Shown: piece after piece, positions 1-10,723 of the stretch
Layout of the letters: each line of letters opens with the position of its first letter
Position numbering within the stretch: the stretch's first letter is position 1
Assembly: GCA_016292035.1 (NCBI GenBank)
Contig: JAEEZR010000010.1
Span: 29,535-93,534, forward strand
Length of the DNA stretch: 64,000 nt
Reading direction: 5' to 3'
Source of the DNA: Bacillales bacterium
GTDB taxonomy: Bacteria; Bacillota_I; Bacilli_A; RF39; UBA660
Made by a program: the position numbers and the translations under genes
Notes under the pieces: generated by a model
The model's input: the letters and a program-made list of their open reading frames with translations, nothing else
Told to the model about the DNA's origin: nothing
Database searches by the model: none

Positions 1-917
1 GCATACCCATCTATATTACTATTATCTACTCCTATGACTGTTACTTCTGGATTATTCTTTTTAACTTCTTCTAATTTATCTTTAATACATAATATATATC
101 CACCTTTTATGCTAAGAGGTCCTTCAAAATATGTGTCTTCTCCTCTTAAACTTGTCAAAGTAGAGTCATCTGCTTTTTCAAAAGGCATAATAACTGCATA
201 TTCTCTTCCTTCAAAGACACCTAAAGAATGCGAAGTTACTTCTCCATTTAAGCAAAAATGAACTGTATTTCTTCCTACATTATAATTAAATGTAAATTCT
301 TCACCATCAAAATAAGTAGCTGATGACTTCATAATGTTTTGAGAAAAAGCTGGGCTTACCTTGCTGTTTTTTGGACTATACATAGTTTTATGTACAAGGC
401 AAAAGTCTTTTTTGCTTTCAAAGTTAGATTCATTGTTTATTATGTCTAAGTCAGATTCATCTAGAATAACTTCTTCATTATTTTCTATTAGAAAAGAAGT
501 TGCTTCTTCAAATGTCATTCCTAAATCTTTAATATTATTTGCACTTGATATTTGTTTATACTCTTCTAATACATTACTTAGAGATGCTTGAAGAGCTATA
601 CACTCATTTTTCTTTTCTTCAAGAGATTTTAATGATTCTCTTTTTTTGTAGTACTCTTCATTTGCTTTGTCATAATTACTTAATGCTTCATTTCTTTCTT
701 TAACTTTTTCTAAGTATTCTTTTCTTTTAAATAGTAATTTAGATAATAAGCTATAATTTAAAGGTGCAAGATGTTCATAAGGCATTTGTGGACTTTCTAA
801 TTTATCAATTTCTTTAATTTCATCATCTAATCTTTTTATTTCTTCACTAAGTGATTCATATCTAGCTAGTTCATCTTTAATCTTGCTTAGTTTTATTTCT
901 TTTATTTTATTTAACAT
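1..917 (-). CDS. Hypothetical protein, N-terminal 305 aa only (the gene runs off the left edge). N-terminus is coiled-coil.
   Basis: Absent from the ORF track because there is no stop in the window. My reverse translation from the ATG at 915-917 (GGAGG just upstream) reads MLNKIKEIKLSKIKDELARYESLSEE... and stays open to position 1. The + ORFs 34-261 and 361-591 are its antisense shadows. Confidence 0.6.
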   Translation of the reverse strand, partial: MLNKIKEIKLSKIKDELARYESLSEEIKRLDDEIKEIDKLESPQMPYEHLAPLNYSLLSKLLFKRKEYLEKVKERNEALSNYDKANEEYYKKRESLKSLEEKKNECIALQASLSNVLEEYKQISSANNIKDLGMTFEEATSFLIENNEEVILDESDLDIINNESNFESKKDFCLVHKTMYSPKNSKVSPAFSQNIMKSSATYFDGEEFTFNYNVGRNTVHFCLNGEVTSHSLGVFEGREYAVIMPFEKADDSTLTSLRGEDTYFEGPLSIKGGYILCIKDKLEEVKKNNPEVTVIGVDNSNIDGY

Positions 918-958
918 AAACCCTCCATTTAAAAAAAGAATAATGTAAATTCATTATT

Positions 959-1327
959 CTAAATCCATCTTGGTATATAAATATTTCTTGTTATTGTTTC
1001 TTTGTAATCTTCAAAATATTCAATTATTTTATTCATTACATATTCTTGAAGATTTGTAACTGCTGAATTTACCTTTAATGTAGATAGTTTATTAAGCATT
1101 TCTTTTTTAAATTTATTATCTGTAATAAATTTATACATAATATTATCTATTTTAGTTAACTTTTCTACTTCTCTTTGCGTTACTGTTTCTAATGAGAAAA
1201 TATAATCAGTATATATTTTTATTATTTGATATGTTTCTTTATCTCTTTCATTTATATCAGAATTAACTATTTTATAATAATTTTTGCATATGTTTACGAT
1301 TTGCTTGTTTTTATTAAAACTATTCAT
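959..1327 (-). CDS. Hypothetical protein (122 aa)
   Basis: Intact ORF in the dominant orientation with typical Lys/Asn/Ile-rich composition. No motif recognised. Confidence 0.5.
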   Translation of the reverse strand: MNSFNKNKQIVNICKNYYKIVNSDINERDKETYQIIKIYTDYIFSLETVTQREVEKLTKIDNIMYKFITDNKFKKEMLNKLSTLKVNSAVTNLQEYVMNKIIEYFEDYKETITRNIYIPRWI

Positions 1328-1421
1328 CTTTTATGTTACTCCTTATTCTAGTTACATTATATTATAATTGTTCTTTATATTGCAAGAGGAAGTTTTGTTT
1401 GCTAGTGCATTAAAAAGTACA

Positions 1422-2474
1422 TTATATTAATCTGAATATATCTTTTATTGTTACATATATCATTAATGCGATTAATAAGATTGTACCAATTGAATTAAGT
1501 ACAGTTTCTACTTTATCATTTAGTCTTTTGCCTTTAATTCTTTCAATAAGTAATAATAATATTCTTCCTCCATCGAATACAGGTATAGGTAGCAAGTTTA
1601 TTATTGCTACATTTATGCTTAAGTATGATATTAAATATAGAATATTTTCTAATCCTTTACTTTTTATATTATCAATCACTGAGTATATTCCAATTGGTCC
1701 GCTTAAGTTACTTGCTTTTATCTTACCGGTAATTAATTTGGATACTATTTTTACTAAACTAGTGCTTGAATAAAAAGTTTCAGTAAATGTATATTTAATA
1801 GATGCGATTAAGCCTCTTTCTTTTACTACTTTTGATCCTATTCCAAATACTGGGTATTTATTTCCTTCTTCATCTTCTTTTATTTCTGGTTTTACTACAA
1901 AGGTATATTCTTCATTATTTCTTAGAATTGTTATACTATATTCTTCTTTTACTTTAGAATATCTTGTTTCTAGAAGTAGATCATCAAAAGTATTTATTTT
2001 TTTATCATCTATTTTTAGTAGTAAATCCCCTTCTTTAATGCCTGATATGAATGCAGGAGATGCTTTTTCAACTAATCCAATATATGGTTTAGTTGAAGGT
2101 GCTCCATAGACTAGTGCACTAATAAATAGGAGTAAAATTGCTAATATAAAGTTAAATACTATACCCATTATTAGTATTAAGAATCTAGCTAAATAAGATT
2201 TATTTTCTAGTATCTGATCTTTTTTTATTCCCTTAGTTCTTCCTTCTTGAGTTGAAGCTATTGCATTATAACCACCTAGTGGTAAAAGTCTTAGTGAATA
2301 TAGTGTTTCATCGTTTTTCCTTTTGAAACTGAATATTTTAGGACCCATACCTATACTAAACTCATGAACATATACTCCTGATTTTTTAGCTGCTATAAAG
2401 TGTCCAAATTCATGAGCAAATACAATTATGCTTATAATGATAGAAAATATTATTAGTGTTATTATAAAGTTCAT
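1422..2474 (-). CDS. rseP: RIP metalloprotease RseP/RasP (M50 site-2 protease with PDZ domain)
   Basis: HEFGH zinc motif at the N-terminus, a central PDZ-like segment, the NLLPIPVFDGGR motif, and a position downstream of cdsA. Confidence 0.9.
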   Translation of the reverse strand: MNFIITLIIFSIIISIIVFAHEFGHFIAAKKSGVYVHEFSIGMGPKIFSFKRKNDETLYSLRLLPLGGYNAIASTQEGRTKGIKKDQILENKSYLARFLILIMGIVFNFILAILLLFISALVYGAPSTKPYIGLVEKASPAFISGIKEGDLLLKIDDKKINTFDDLLLETRYSKVKEEYSITILRNNEEYTFVVKPEIKEDEEGNKYPVFGIGSKVVKERGLIASIKYTFTETFYSSTSLVKIVSKLITGKIKASNLSGPIGIYSVIDNIKSKGLENILYLISYLSINVAIINLLPIPVFDGGRILLLLIERIKGKRLNDKVETVLNSIGTILLIALMIYVTIKDIFRLI

Positions 2475-2484
2475 ATATTCCTTC

Positions 2485-3273
2485 CTAGATTATTTTGGAT
2501 ATAAGGTTAAGTACAATTGCTAAAACTAGTAAACTGTCAAGTCTATCAAGTACTCCACCATGTCCTGGCATTATTGTGCCATAGTCTTTTATTTTAAAGT
2601 GTCTTTTAATAGCTGAGAATAGTAAATCTCCTGCTTGGGATACTAAAGATAATGCTATAGTAATTATTATTCCTTTTATTACTCCTACATGAAGAAGTCC
2701 TACTAATATTATAGAACTTATTATTGTAGACATTGTTACACCAACAATTAGCCCTTCTATTGTCTTATTAGGAGATATGCTTTTAGCTAATTTATGTTGT
2801 CCTATTAATTTGCCTCCAATATATGCAAATGTATCAGTTATTATTGTAATTGATAGCATGTATACAAATAAAAGTGGCTCATCTATTCTTATTAAACCTA
2901 TGCTGTTAAATCCTAGTCCAAGAAGTAATATTATTCCAACTAAGAAAAAAGCATCACTTATATTATATTTTTCATCTTTTCTATACACTATTAGAGGAAT
3001 TAGAAGTGTTAGAACTACTATTACTATTCTTTTTTCTAAATCTATATTAATATCAATAGGCCAGCAATATACCATTATTAATAGTAAACTTAGAAGTGAT
3101 AGTATCTTTATTTCTAGAGGTATAGGCTTTTCTGTTTCTTTTGCTTTTAACATTTCTAGAAGAGCAAGTATAGTTATAACTGTTGCTCCTAGATAAAACA
3201 CTTTGCCTCCTATTAGTAATATTGGAAGTAAAATTGCTACTGCCACTAGTGCACTTATTATCCTTTGTTTCAT
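2485..3273 (-). CDS. cdsA: Phosphatidate cytidylyltransferase
   Basis: Polytopic membrane protein with the C-terminal CdsA signature GDLLFSAIKRHFKIKDYGTIMPGHGGVLDRLDS. Confidence 0.9.
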   Translation of the reverse strand: MKQRIISALVAVAILLPILLIGGKVFYLGATVITILALLEMLKAKETEKPIPLEIKILSLLSLLLIMVYCWPIDINIDLEKRIVIVVLTLLIPLIVYRKDEKYNISDAFFLVGIILLLGLGFNSIGLIRIDEPLLFVYMLSITIITDTFAYIGGKLIGQHKLAKSISPNKTIEGLIVGVTMSTIISSIILVGLLHVGVIKGIIITIALSLVSQAGDLLFSAIKRHFKIKDYGTIMPGHGGVLDRLDSLLVLAIVLNLISKII

Positions 3274-3284
3274 TTAAAATCCTC

Positions 3285-4010
3285 CTAAAAGTTTAAATAT
3301 TCTATATCTTTATCTTCTTCTTTTGCTTCTTCAGTAACTTTTGAACTTACAAAACGATTTGTTTCTTCAATTTTATTAGTAGGAATCTCAGGTATTATTT
3401 CTGTTACTTCTACTCTTTCTACTTCGTCTTCTTTATAATCATTTATCGCTTTATTATAAATTGGGCTATTGTTTTTATAGTCATATTGTCCTGCTTTAAA
3501 TACAGGTACTTCTTCTTTAGGCTTTGAAGTTTCTGCTTTAAACTCATTATCTACTTTTACTTCTTCATCAGCAGCTTCATTTAAACTATTCATTTCACTT
3601 TCAGTTAGAAGTGTTACCATTTCACCTGATACATCATCAAATTCTTTTTCAACTTCTATTGAGTTTATTTTAATATAATTAAGTACTGGAAGCATTACTA
3701 TTGGAAATAATATTAATAATATTGTAAAAGCTTTACTAAGGTTAAACATTATACTTAATCTATATGATATTAGTATAAATACTATTACATTTGTTACTGG
3801 TACAAACAAAAGAACAGCCATTGCCCTATTTAGTTTAACAATATCTATTAGAACTATCAGATTATATACAGGGATAAATGATAGATTCTTATTTTTAAAA
3901 TTTTTAGAAAATACTTTATCTGTTGTAACGCAGCAAAATAAAGAATATGCTAATGTAATTACTTCAAAAAACATTATTACTTTTAAAAATCTTACAATTA
4001 TTTCGCTCAT
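3285..4010 (-). CDS. Hypothetical membrane protein with an acidic C-terminal tail
   Basis: Several N-terminal TM helices followed by a Glu/Lys-rich tail. It occupies the slot where uppS usually sits but has no UppS motifs. Confidence 0.55.
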   Translation of the reverse strand: MSEIIVRFLKVIMFFEVITLAYSLFCCVTTDKVFSKNFKNKNLSFIPVYNLIVLIDIVKLNRAMAVLLFVPVTNVIVFILISYRLSIMFNLSKAFTILLILFPIVMLPVLNYIKINSIEVEKEFDDVSGEMVTLLTESEMNSLNEAADEEVKVDNEFKAETSKPKEEVPVFKAGQYDYKNNSPIYNKAINDYKEDEVERVEVTEIIPEIPTNKIEETNRFVSSKVTEEAKEEDKDIEYLNF

Positions 4011-4110
4011 GTTTGTCCCTCTATTCTCTATTTATTATGATACAATATTTTGCCTTCTTTTACAAGGCAATTTTTCTTTATTATTTAATATAATATTATA
4101 GGTGAAAATA

Positions 4111-4389
4111 ATGAGTTTCTTTAATTTTCAAAAGATTGTTAGTGCATCATCTAGTTTTTTTAACTATGCTTCTAAAGCTACTTCTATGTTTAAAAGTATT
4201 ACCCCTACTATTAAAGATATTAAAAGTACAGTAGATACTTATAAATCAATTAAAAGCACTGCTAAAGATGCACATTTTAAGGAGATAGAATCTACTAATA
4301 GACCTGCTAGTGTATTTAAAAAGAAAATAGATAATAATAGATCAAATTTTATTGATTCTTTAACACTTTTTTATAAAAAAAAGAATTAG
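4111..4389 (+). CDS. Small hypothetical protein (92 aa, Lys/Ser/Thr-rich)
   Basis: ATG at 4111 is preceded by AGGTGA at good spacing (the track starts at the GTG at 4102). It is a lone + strand ORF that overlaps the trmK stop by 4 nt. No motif recognised. Confidence 0.35.
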   Translation: MSFFNFQKIVSASSSFFNYASKATSMFKSITPTIKDIKSTVDTYKSIKSTAKDAHFKEIESTNRPASVFKKKIDNNRSNFIDSLTLFYKKKN

Positions 4390-5003
4390 TATTTATAGCT
4401 ATCTATAGCTTTTATTACTAATTCTAATTCTTTGTTATCTACATTATTTATAATTTTAGAGTATTTGTGTTTTATATAATCATTTTTCTCTTTTAGTAGT
4501 TCTTTATTTTGATGATTATATCCAATTAATATTTCATTATTTGTTAGTTTTTGTTTACCTTTAGAAAATATAATTAGATTATAATATTTTCCCTTTTCTT
4601 TTATTATTTCTTCTAAATCTATTTTATAGCCTATAGAGTTCATTTCTTTTCTTAATATATCGTGATTATTATTTGAAATAGTAATTATTCTTTTTAATGG
4701 TACTTTATTATCTTTTATTATATTTAAAATAGTAAATGTTCCCATTCCTGATAATACTAAAGTGTAATCAGTTTCATTTTCTTTTAGGGTTACTCCATCT
4801 CCTACCCTGAAATCTATGAAATGTTTTAATTCTATATTTGTACTTTTTATTGCACTTTCTATAATATTATCTTTAATGTCAGATGCAATTGAATATATTC
4901 CTCTTTTAGCTAGTTTTTTACTTAAAAAGGCTTGATCGCATCCAACATCTATTACTTTTTCATTATCACTTATATATGAAGATATTACTTCTATTCTAGT
5001 CAA
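4386..5003 (-). CDS. trmK: tRNA (adenine22-N1)-methyltransferase TrmK-like
   Basis: Pattern [11 protein letters not shown] ... GDG ... LSGMGT ... resembles B. subtilis TrmK/YqfN. It lies just downstream of sigA, as in Bacillus. Confidence 0.7.
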   Translation of the reverse strand: MTRIEVISSYISDNEKVIDVGCDQAFLSKKLAKRGIYSIASDIKDNIIESAIKSTNIELKHFIDFRVGDGVTLKENETDYTLVLSGMGTFTILNIIKDNKVPLKRIITISNNNHDILRKEMNSIGYKIDLEEIIKEKGKYYNLIIFSKGKQKLTNNEILIGYNHQNKELLKEKNDYIKHKYSKIINNVDNKELELVIKAIDSYKY

Positions 5004-6231
5004 TTAAGAAATCCTTTAACTTTTTAGCACGAGATGGATGACGTAGTTTTCTTAGAGCTTTTGCTTCTATTTGTCTGATTCTTTCTCTTGTTACTCCAAA
5101 TTTCTTTCCTACTTCTTCTAGAGTATGGCATGTTCCGTCATATAGTCCAAAACGAAGTTCTAGTACTTCTTCTTCTCTCTTTGTAAGAGTTTCTAATACG
5201 CCTTTTAATTCTTCTTTTAGCATTTCATATGTAGTATATTCTTCTGGTGACATTGTTCTTTCATCAGCTAAGAAATCTCCTAGATGTGAGTCATCTTCTT
5301 CACCAATTGGAGTTTCTAGTGATACTGGGTCTTGGCTTATCTTTTTTATTTCAATTATCTTGTCTAGTGATAATCCCATTTTTTTAGCTATTTCTTCTTC
5401 AGATGGTTCTCTATTTAAGTCTAGTGCTAGTTGTCTTTCAATTCTAGCCATTTTGTTAATTGTTTCAACCATATGAACAGGAACACGAATTGTTCTTGCT
5501 TGGTCTGCTAGAGCTCTTGTAATAGCTTGTCTAATCCACCAAGTTGCATATGTAGAAAACTTATAACCTTTTTCAAAGTCGAATTTTTCTACGGCTTTCA
5601 TTAAACCTATATTACCTTCTTGTATTAAGTCTAGGAATAAAAGTCCTCTTCCTACATATCTTTTAGCAATTGATACAACTAGACGAAGGTTACTTTCCGC
5701 TAATGTTTTTTTAGCTTCTTCATCACCTGCTGCTATTCTATGAGATATTTCTTGTTCTTCTTCTAATGATAAAAGGCTTATTCTACCTATTTCTTTAAGA
5801 TACATACGAACATTATCATTTACCGACATGTCTTTACTTTCACTAGCTAAGTCATCCATGTTAAGTTCTATATCTTCGTTTAATAAATCTCCATCAGAAT
5901 CGTCTTCATCTTCACTTCTAACTTCAATGCCATTTTCAGTTATTCTATTATATAAAGTATCATAGTCATTTGCGTCTAATTCTAAATTATTAGTGGCTTT
6001 AGCTATTTCTTCATATGTTAAGAAACCTTTCTTTAATCCAGATTCTATTAATTCATCTAGAATTTCTTCAAATGTCTTCATTTGTTTAACTTCTTTTATT
6101 TCTTTTTTAGCTTCTTTTAAAGTTAATTCTTCATCATTTTTAGTTTGATTACTTTTCTTAGTATCTTTTATTTCCTTAACTGCTGTTTTACTTTTCTTTT
6201 CCTCTTTTACTTCTTCTACTTTCTTTACCAT
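4996..6231 (-). CDS. sigA: Primary RNA polymerase sigma factor
   Basis: Regions 1.2-4.2 are present, including [13 protein letters not shown] and the region 4.2 [30 protein letters not shown]. The dnaG-sigA operon arrangement is conserved. Confidence 0.95.
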   Translation of the reverse strand: MVKKVEEVKEEKKSKTAVKEIKDTKKSNQTKNDEELTLKEAKKEIKEVKQMKTFEEILDELIESGLKKGFLTYEEIAKATNNLELDANDYDTLYNRITENGIEVRSEDEDDSDGDLLNEDIELNMDDLASESKDMSVNDNVRMYLKEIGRISLLSLEEEQEISHRIAAGDEEAKKTLAESNLRLVVSIAKRYVGRGLLFLDLIQEGNIGLMKAVEKFDFEKGYKFSTYATWWIRQAITRALADQARTIRVPVHMVETINKMARIERQLALDLNREPSEEEIAKKMGLSLDKIIEIKKISQDPVSLETPIGEEDDSHLGDFLADERTMSPEEYTTYEMLKEELKGVLETLTKREEEVLELRFGLYDGTCHTLEEVGKKFGVTRERIRQIEAKALRKLRHPSRAKKLKDFLID

Positions 6232-7946
6232 TTTAGCACCTCTTTTTTGATATTTTCTATTTTCATAGCTATTCTTTTCTTTTCTTCCTTATCTAGTGAA
6301 GACTTCATTTGATTAGTTAAAAGATCTATTTGTTTTTTTATTCTTAATTCTTTTATTCTTTCACAGTAGTCTTCAAGTTCTTCATTTGTATATTCATCTG
6401 AATCATTAAAAGCAAGAACTTCTTTCATAATACTATTTAAGTCGTCATGCAACGTAGTGTAGCATATAAAATCCGATAAGTCAAAACTTTTATTTTTATT
6501 GTAGTAGTTTATTATTTCTCTTGCTAGTTTTTTTCTATTATCATCATTTAAATATCCTAGATTATTTTCATAGTATTCAATTATCTTTGGATCAATCATC
6601 ATGAAATATAATATTTTAAGCTCGCTTTTATCGTATTTGTTATATACTTTTTTTACTACTACGTTTGTTTTTTCTTTCTTTTCTATTACTTTGTTGTTTG
6701 TTATTTTTTCTTTTATCAAAGATTCATCTATATTAAATTCTTTTGATAGTTCTTTTATTTTTAATTCTCTTAGTATATTATCATCTATCTTATTAATAGC
6801 TTCTATACTATCATTAATATATTTAGCCGCGACTGAAGAATCTTTTAAGTCTTTATTATTCTTTAAATAATTTAATTTAAAGTCAATAAAGCTTACTCTG
6901 TTTTTGTATGCTTCAGTAAAGGCTTCTTTTCCTTTAGCTAGGATTAATTCATCAGTGTCTTTATAGCCACTAAATAAGATTACCGTTGGCATTATAGAGT
7001 TTTCCATTAATTTATCACCAATAGCAATTGTAGCTCTTTTACCCGCATCGTCCTGGTCTAAGTTTAATACTACATTTATTTTCATGTTTTTTATTAAACT
7101 TAAATGTTCATTTGTAAAGCTTGTTCCCATCAGGGCAACTGCATTATCTATTCCTACTGTATGAAGCCTTATTATTTCCATCTGGCCTTCGCTTATAATT
7201 ATTTCTTTTTCTTTTCTTATAAAGTCTTTAGCGCGATGAAAGTTATATAACATACTCCCTTTTTTAAATATTGGTGTGTCTGTTGTATTAATATATTTAG
7301 CTTCATCATTTTCTGTATATTTTCTTGCCGAGTAGCCTACTTTGTTACCATATATATCACACAAGGTAAACATTATTCTGTTTCTAAACATGTCTTTTCC
7401 TGATGAGTTAGATAAACCTATTTGTTTTAATTTATCTAAGCTATACTGCTTTGACAAGCTATCAACAAGTCCACTATCTAAAGATAATCCTATATCAAAA
7501 AAATCTATAGTTTCTTTATCTAGTCCTCTTTTTTTAAGATATTCCATAGCTTCTTTACCTTTAGCAGAGTTTAGATTGTTTTTATAATATGAAGAAGCTA
7601 TTTCATATATATCGTATAAATCTTTATTTGGAAGATCTTTAACTTCTTTTTTTATATTTAAATTGATATTGGCGTTTTTGGCTAATATATCAAGAGCTTC
7701 TACAAATGATACTTTTAAATAGTTCTCAATAAATGTAATTACATTACCAGAGTTTTCACAGGTGAAGCATCTATAAATTTGCTTTTCTCTAGATACACTC
7801 ATTGAAGGAGAATGGTCATCATGAAATGGACATACTCCAAAATAGTTTTTACCTTTTTGAGTTAATGGGATATAAGAAGATATAACATCTACAATGTCGT
7901 TTGCTTCTTTTATCTGTCTTATTGTATCTTCATCTATCTTAGCCAT
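6225..7946 (-). CDS. dnaG: DNA primase
   Basis: Zinc ribbon [13 protein letters not shown]...CFTC, a TOPRIM segment (EGQMEII...[11 protein letters not shown]), and overlap with the sigA start. Confidence 0.95.
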   Translation of the reverse strand: MAKIDEDTIRQIKEANDIVDVISSYIPLTQKGKNYFGVCPFHDDHSPSMSVSREKQIYRCFTCENSGNVITFIENYLKVSFVEALDILAKNANINLNIKKEVKDLPNKDLYDIYEIASSYYKNNLNSAKGKEAMEYLKKRGLDKETIDFFDIGLSLDSGLVDSLSKQYSLDKLKQIGLSNSSGKDMFRNRIMFTLCDIYGNKVGYSARKYTENDEAKYINTTDTPIFKKGSMLYNFHRAKDFIRKEKEIIISEGQMEIIRLHTVGIDNAVALMGTSFTNEHLSLIKNMKINVVLNLDQDDAGKRATIAIGDKLMENSIMPTVILFSGYKDTDELILAKGKEAFTEAYKNRVSFIDFKLNYLKNNKDLKDSSVAAKYINDSIEAINKIDDNILRELKIKELSKEFNIDESLIKEKITNNKVIEKKEKTNVVVKKVYNKYDKSELKILYFMMIDPKIIEYYENNLGYLNDDNRKKLAREIINYYNKNKSFDLSDFICYTTLHDDLNSIMKEVLAFNDSDEYTNEELEDYCERIKELRIKKQIDLLTNQMKSSLDKEEKKRIAMKIENIKKEVLKW

Positions 7947-8021
7947 TATTTACGCCCTCCCAATTACTATATACGACAAAATTTTAAAAAACACTTTTTT
8001 ATTTTTAAAAAAATTGGTGAA

Positions 8022-8534
8022 TTAATATCCACCAATTGTAAATTTGTTATCACTTACTACTATAAATGCATGAGAATCTATACTAGTAACTAAATCTTTT
8101 AATTTTTTGACTTTCTTATTAGTAGTACAAACTAGTATCATATATTTGTTAGATACTAAGTCTTTTCCTTGTATTTTTGATACACTTATAGCATATCCAT
8201 TATCTACTAAAGTTTTTACTATTTTTTTATCTTGTTTTACTACTATATTTACTGTTACATTACTTGTGACAAATCTGTCTGTTAAATACATTCCTACGTA
8301 TACTCCAGTAGCGTATCCTAGAGCATAAGACATGGCTACCAATACAATATACTCTTCTGTATTTAGAGCTTCTCTAACTATGAAGAACCATACTGTTACT
8401 TCTAAAAATGCAATTATCATTGCTAGGAATGTTTTATTTTTAACAATAAGCATTGTTTTTACTGTTCCTAGTGAAGTATCTAGTATTCTTGCAAAATATA
8501 CTATTAGACACATTAGTACTAAATTTTCTGGCAT
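8022..8534 (-). CDS. UPF0316 family membrane protein (DUF2179 C-terminal domain)
   Basis: About 170 aa, with 3 N-terminal TM helices and a C-terminal small alpha/beta domain typical of UPF0316/YebE-like proteins. Confidence 0.65.
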   Translation of the reverse strand: MPENLVLMCLIVYFARILDTSLGTVKTMLIVKNKTFLAMIIAFLEVTVWFFIVREALNTEEYIVLVAMSYALGYATGVYVGMYLTDRFVTSNVTVNIVVKQDKKIVKTLVDNGYAISVSKIQGKDLVSNKYMILVCTTNKKVKKLKDLVTSIDSHAFIVVSDNKFTIGGY

Positions 8535-8566
8535 ATTTTTCTCCTTTTGTAATCTTAATTATTAAT

Positions 8567-8590
8567 AAAAGTACCTTTTATGGTACTTTT
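8567..8590 (-). terminator. Intrinsic terminator after pilin gene P1
   Basis: Stem aaaagtacc/ggtactttt with a 6-nt loop, running into a T-rich tract on the minus strand. It is near-identical to the hairpin after pilin P5 at 51405-51430. Confidence 0.7.
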
Positions 8591-8596
8591 ATTATT

Positions 8597-10630
8597 TTAT
8601 CTTGTAGCTAATTTATAGCATTTGCTTCCATCAGCATTATATTTAGTCCATCCACTTGGACAAGTGTATACTGTTTCTTGGCCATCTGGACAATAAGCAG
8701 TTCCTGTTCTATACACTGGTGCACATGCTCCTGCTTCACTAGCTCCATATGTAATTGTACATGAGTATGACTGAGCTACTGTATAATAATCTCCTTGATA
8801 TATATAACCTATATATCCAATGTATGCATTATAGTTGGAAGCCATTTGATTATAGTATGTTTCAAATGCAGATAATGTTTTAGTTGATTGAGAGCAGCTT
8901 CCTCCGTTAACACTACAAACTGTATAATATACTAATCCATTAGAGCTAGACATGTATTGAACATTTTGGCTTGCTGTTTCATATTCTGATGTTCCTGTGA
9001 TTTTACTATATTTAGTTCCAGGACTTGTTTTCCATGTTCTAACGTTTTGAGCACATCCCCATACTCCGTTTGGACAGTTACCTAAATTACTAATTAATAC
9101 TCCGCTTTGGTTAGTTAATGCTGGTTTACTATATTGATGATAATTATAGTTTGCATCGCATCCCCATAGTGTGTAAGCATCATATTTACATCTTATATTA
9201 CCATTTTTACATGAAGCATAACTTGATGCATTTGTTACACATACATATCCTCCTGAAGAAGAACCCAAACTTGAATCAAGTGTTAGTGTTCCTGAAGCAC
9301 ATTTCCATGCTTGTGGCGCTACTATAGTACATGTTCTAGCACTTGTTACATTTGATGCTGTTAGTGTGCTTCCAGATAAACTACATCCAGTTCCTGATAC
9401 CGTTGCACCTGTTAATGTGTAGTTAGCTAATGCACTAATAGTAAATGTTCCACTGCTACCATATTCAACTTGTTTACTAGTTGGATTACTTGAACAATTT
9501 GTGCATGTTACTGATACTGTGAATTTTTGTTTTGGAAGTGTTACTATACATGATTTGTTTTCTTTTACATTAGATATTGATAGAACTGATGCATTTAATG
9601 AGCATCCTCCAGTTACTGTTGCACCTGTTAGGGTATATCCAGTTTTTGGTGATATAGTAAAGCTTGTTTCTTCTGCATGTTCTACTTGCTGTGTTGCTGG
9701 TGTACTTGTACAGTTATTACATGTTACTCCAACACTATATACCTTCTTCTTTAAATTTATTTCACATACTGAAGCGGCTGTTACATTTTCAATATAAACT
9801 ATTCCATCTACTAGTGAGCATCCACTTCCTGATACTGTTGCTCCTTCTAAAGTATAGCCTTCACCTGGCACTATTGGGAAAGAAGCACTAGCTCCTATTT
9901 CTATTTTTTGATTTGTACTAGAACCACTACATGTATCACAAGCTATTGTTACAGTATATTTTTGTTTAGCCAATTTAACATTACATGTATTAGTTCCTTT
10001 AGCATTATGGTAAGTTAATATATTTCCTTCTAAAGTACATCCTCCAGTTACTGTGGCATCCTCAACAGAATATGTTTCATCTGGTGTTATTGTAAATAAT
10101 GCATTAGCTCCTTTAGCAACTATTACTGTAGAGTTATCTACATTACCATTTTCTACTGTTACAGATACTTTAGCACTTTCATTTGTACTAAAACAGACAC
10201 ATGATCCAGTAGAACAGTCTACTGTTCCTTTTGCTATATCATCACCGGATATATCTGTAGTAAGTGAAGCCATATCTTCATTTGAGTAACAATACTTTTC
10301 GTTAGATAGTGATAAGCTTTTTACATGTCCTGTATCATCAAGCTCAACTAAATAGTTAAATTCTGTAGTATGAATATCTAGCTTACTACATCCTAGTGAG
10401 CCAAAAGATTCATCACAGTATAAAGAACTAGATTTAGAATGAAGAGCATCTGCTTGATACTTTTTTTCTGCTTCTTTCTTTATAGATTCTACTTGTATTG
10501 CAAAAGATTTTTTTCTAGATACCTCGTATGAATTTAATACTTTAGGTATTATTAAAAGCATCAATAATCCAATAAGAGCTATTACTGCTAAAAGCTCGAT
10601 TAATGTAAACCCTCTGTTTTTTCTTTTCAT
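8597..10630 (-). CDS. Modular type IV pilin-like protein P1 (677 aa): prepilin leader, a 140-aa Cys-containing head, 4 InlB-B-repeat-like modules, and a 237-aa Cys/Tyr/Gly-rich C-terminal domain.
   Basis: MKRKNRG/FTLIELLAVIALIGLLMLL is a class III signal with Gly-1, Phe+1 and Glu+5. The start is trimmed to the ATG at 10630 because the track's 26-aa extension lies over the promoter. Repeats described under the repeat feature at 9311-10168. Confidence 0.85.
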   Translation of the reverse strand: MKRKNRGFTLIELLAVIALIGLLMLLIIPKVLNSYEVSRKKSFAIQVESIKKEAEKKYQADALHSKSSSLYCDESFGSLGCSKLDIHTTEFNYLVELDDTGHVKSLSLSNEKYCYSNEDMASLTTDISGDDIAKGTVDCSTGSCVCFSTNESAKVSVTVENGNVDNSTVIVAKGANALFTITPDETYSVEDATVTGGCTLEGNILTYHNAKGTNTCNVKLAKQKYTVTIACDTCSGSSTNQKIEIGASASFPIVPGEGYTLEGATVSGSGCSLVDGIVYIENVTAASVCEINLKKKVYSVGVTCNNCTSTPATQQVEHAEETSFTISPKTGYTLTGATVTGGCSLNASVLSISNVKENKSCIVTLPKQKFTVSVTCTNCSSNPTSKQVEYGSSGTFTISALANYTLTGATVSGTGCSLSGSTLTASNVTSARTCTIVAPQAWKCASGTLTLDSSLGSSSGGYVCVTNASSYASCKNGNIRCKYDAYTLWGCDANYNYHQYSKPALTNQSGVLISNLGNCPNGVWGCAQNVRTWKTSPGTKYSKITGTSEYETASQNVQYMSSSNGLVYYTVCSVNGGSCSQSTKTLSAFETYYNQMASNYNAYIGYIGYIYQGDYYTVAQSYSCTITYGASEAGACAPVYRTGTAYCPDGQETVYTCPSGWTKYNADGSKCYKLATR
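9311..10168 (-). repeat. Four tandem coding repeats of about 70-73 aa inside P1
   Basis: Recurring pattern (Y/F)TV(T/S)VxC(T/N)NC ... F(T/P)I ... GYTL(E/T)GATV(T/S)G(G/S)GC(S/T)L ... NVT...C. Confidence 0.85.
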
Positions 10631-10663
10631 TTTCACAATAATCAACCTCTCTACTATACCTAA

Positions 10664-10692
10664 ATTATATATCAACTTTTTTACCTTTTCAA
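10664..10692 (-). promoter_or_regulatory. Sigma-A type promoter for P1
   Basis: On the minus strand, TTGAAA, a 17-nt spacer, then TATAAT. It lies between the lepA terminator and the P1 start. Confidence 0.55.
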
Positions 10693-10693
10693 G

Positions 10694-10723
10694 AATAAAA
10701 AATAGCATATTTTGTATGCTATT
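10694..10723 (-). terminator. Intrinsic terminator after lepA
   Basis: Stem aatagcata/tatgctatt with a 5-nt loop, followed by TTTTATT on the minus strand. It overlaps the lepA TAG stop. Confidence 0.7.

Noticed and set aside
9501-9797. Plus-strand ORFs antisense to the large minus-strand genes. Examples are 9118-9327, 9501-9797, 9664-9891, 10053-10289, 48229-48798, 49553-49989, 50503-51027, 51976-52362 and 54688-55170.
   Set aside because: They lie wholly inside long, motif-supported minus-strand genes and lack RBSs. Their compositions (Leu/Phe/Ser-rich, or mirror images of the repeat units) are typical of shadow ORFs in AT-rich DNA. The similar antisense peptides at 9.6 kb and 52.0 kb simply reflect the shared pilin repeat.
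10631-10708. N-terminal extensions in the ORF track. These affect P1 (to 10708), P3 (to 30830), rsmH (to 46962), rpsT (from 62454), infC (to 43437), the 193-aa ORF (to 28914) and lepA (to 12518).
   Set aside because: In each case a downstream start has a proper Shine-Dalgarno sequence and yields the conserved family N-terminus. The extension overlaps a promoter, terminator, leader or upstream gene.
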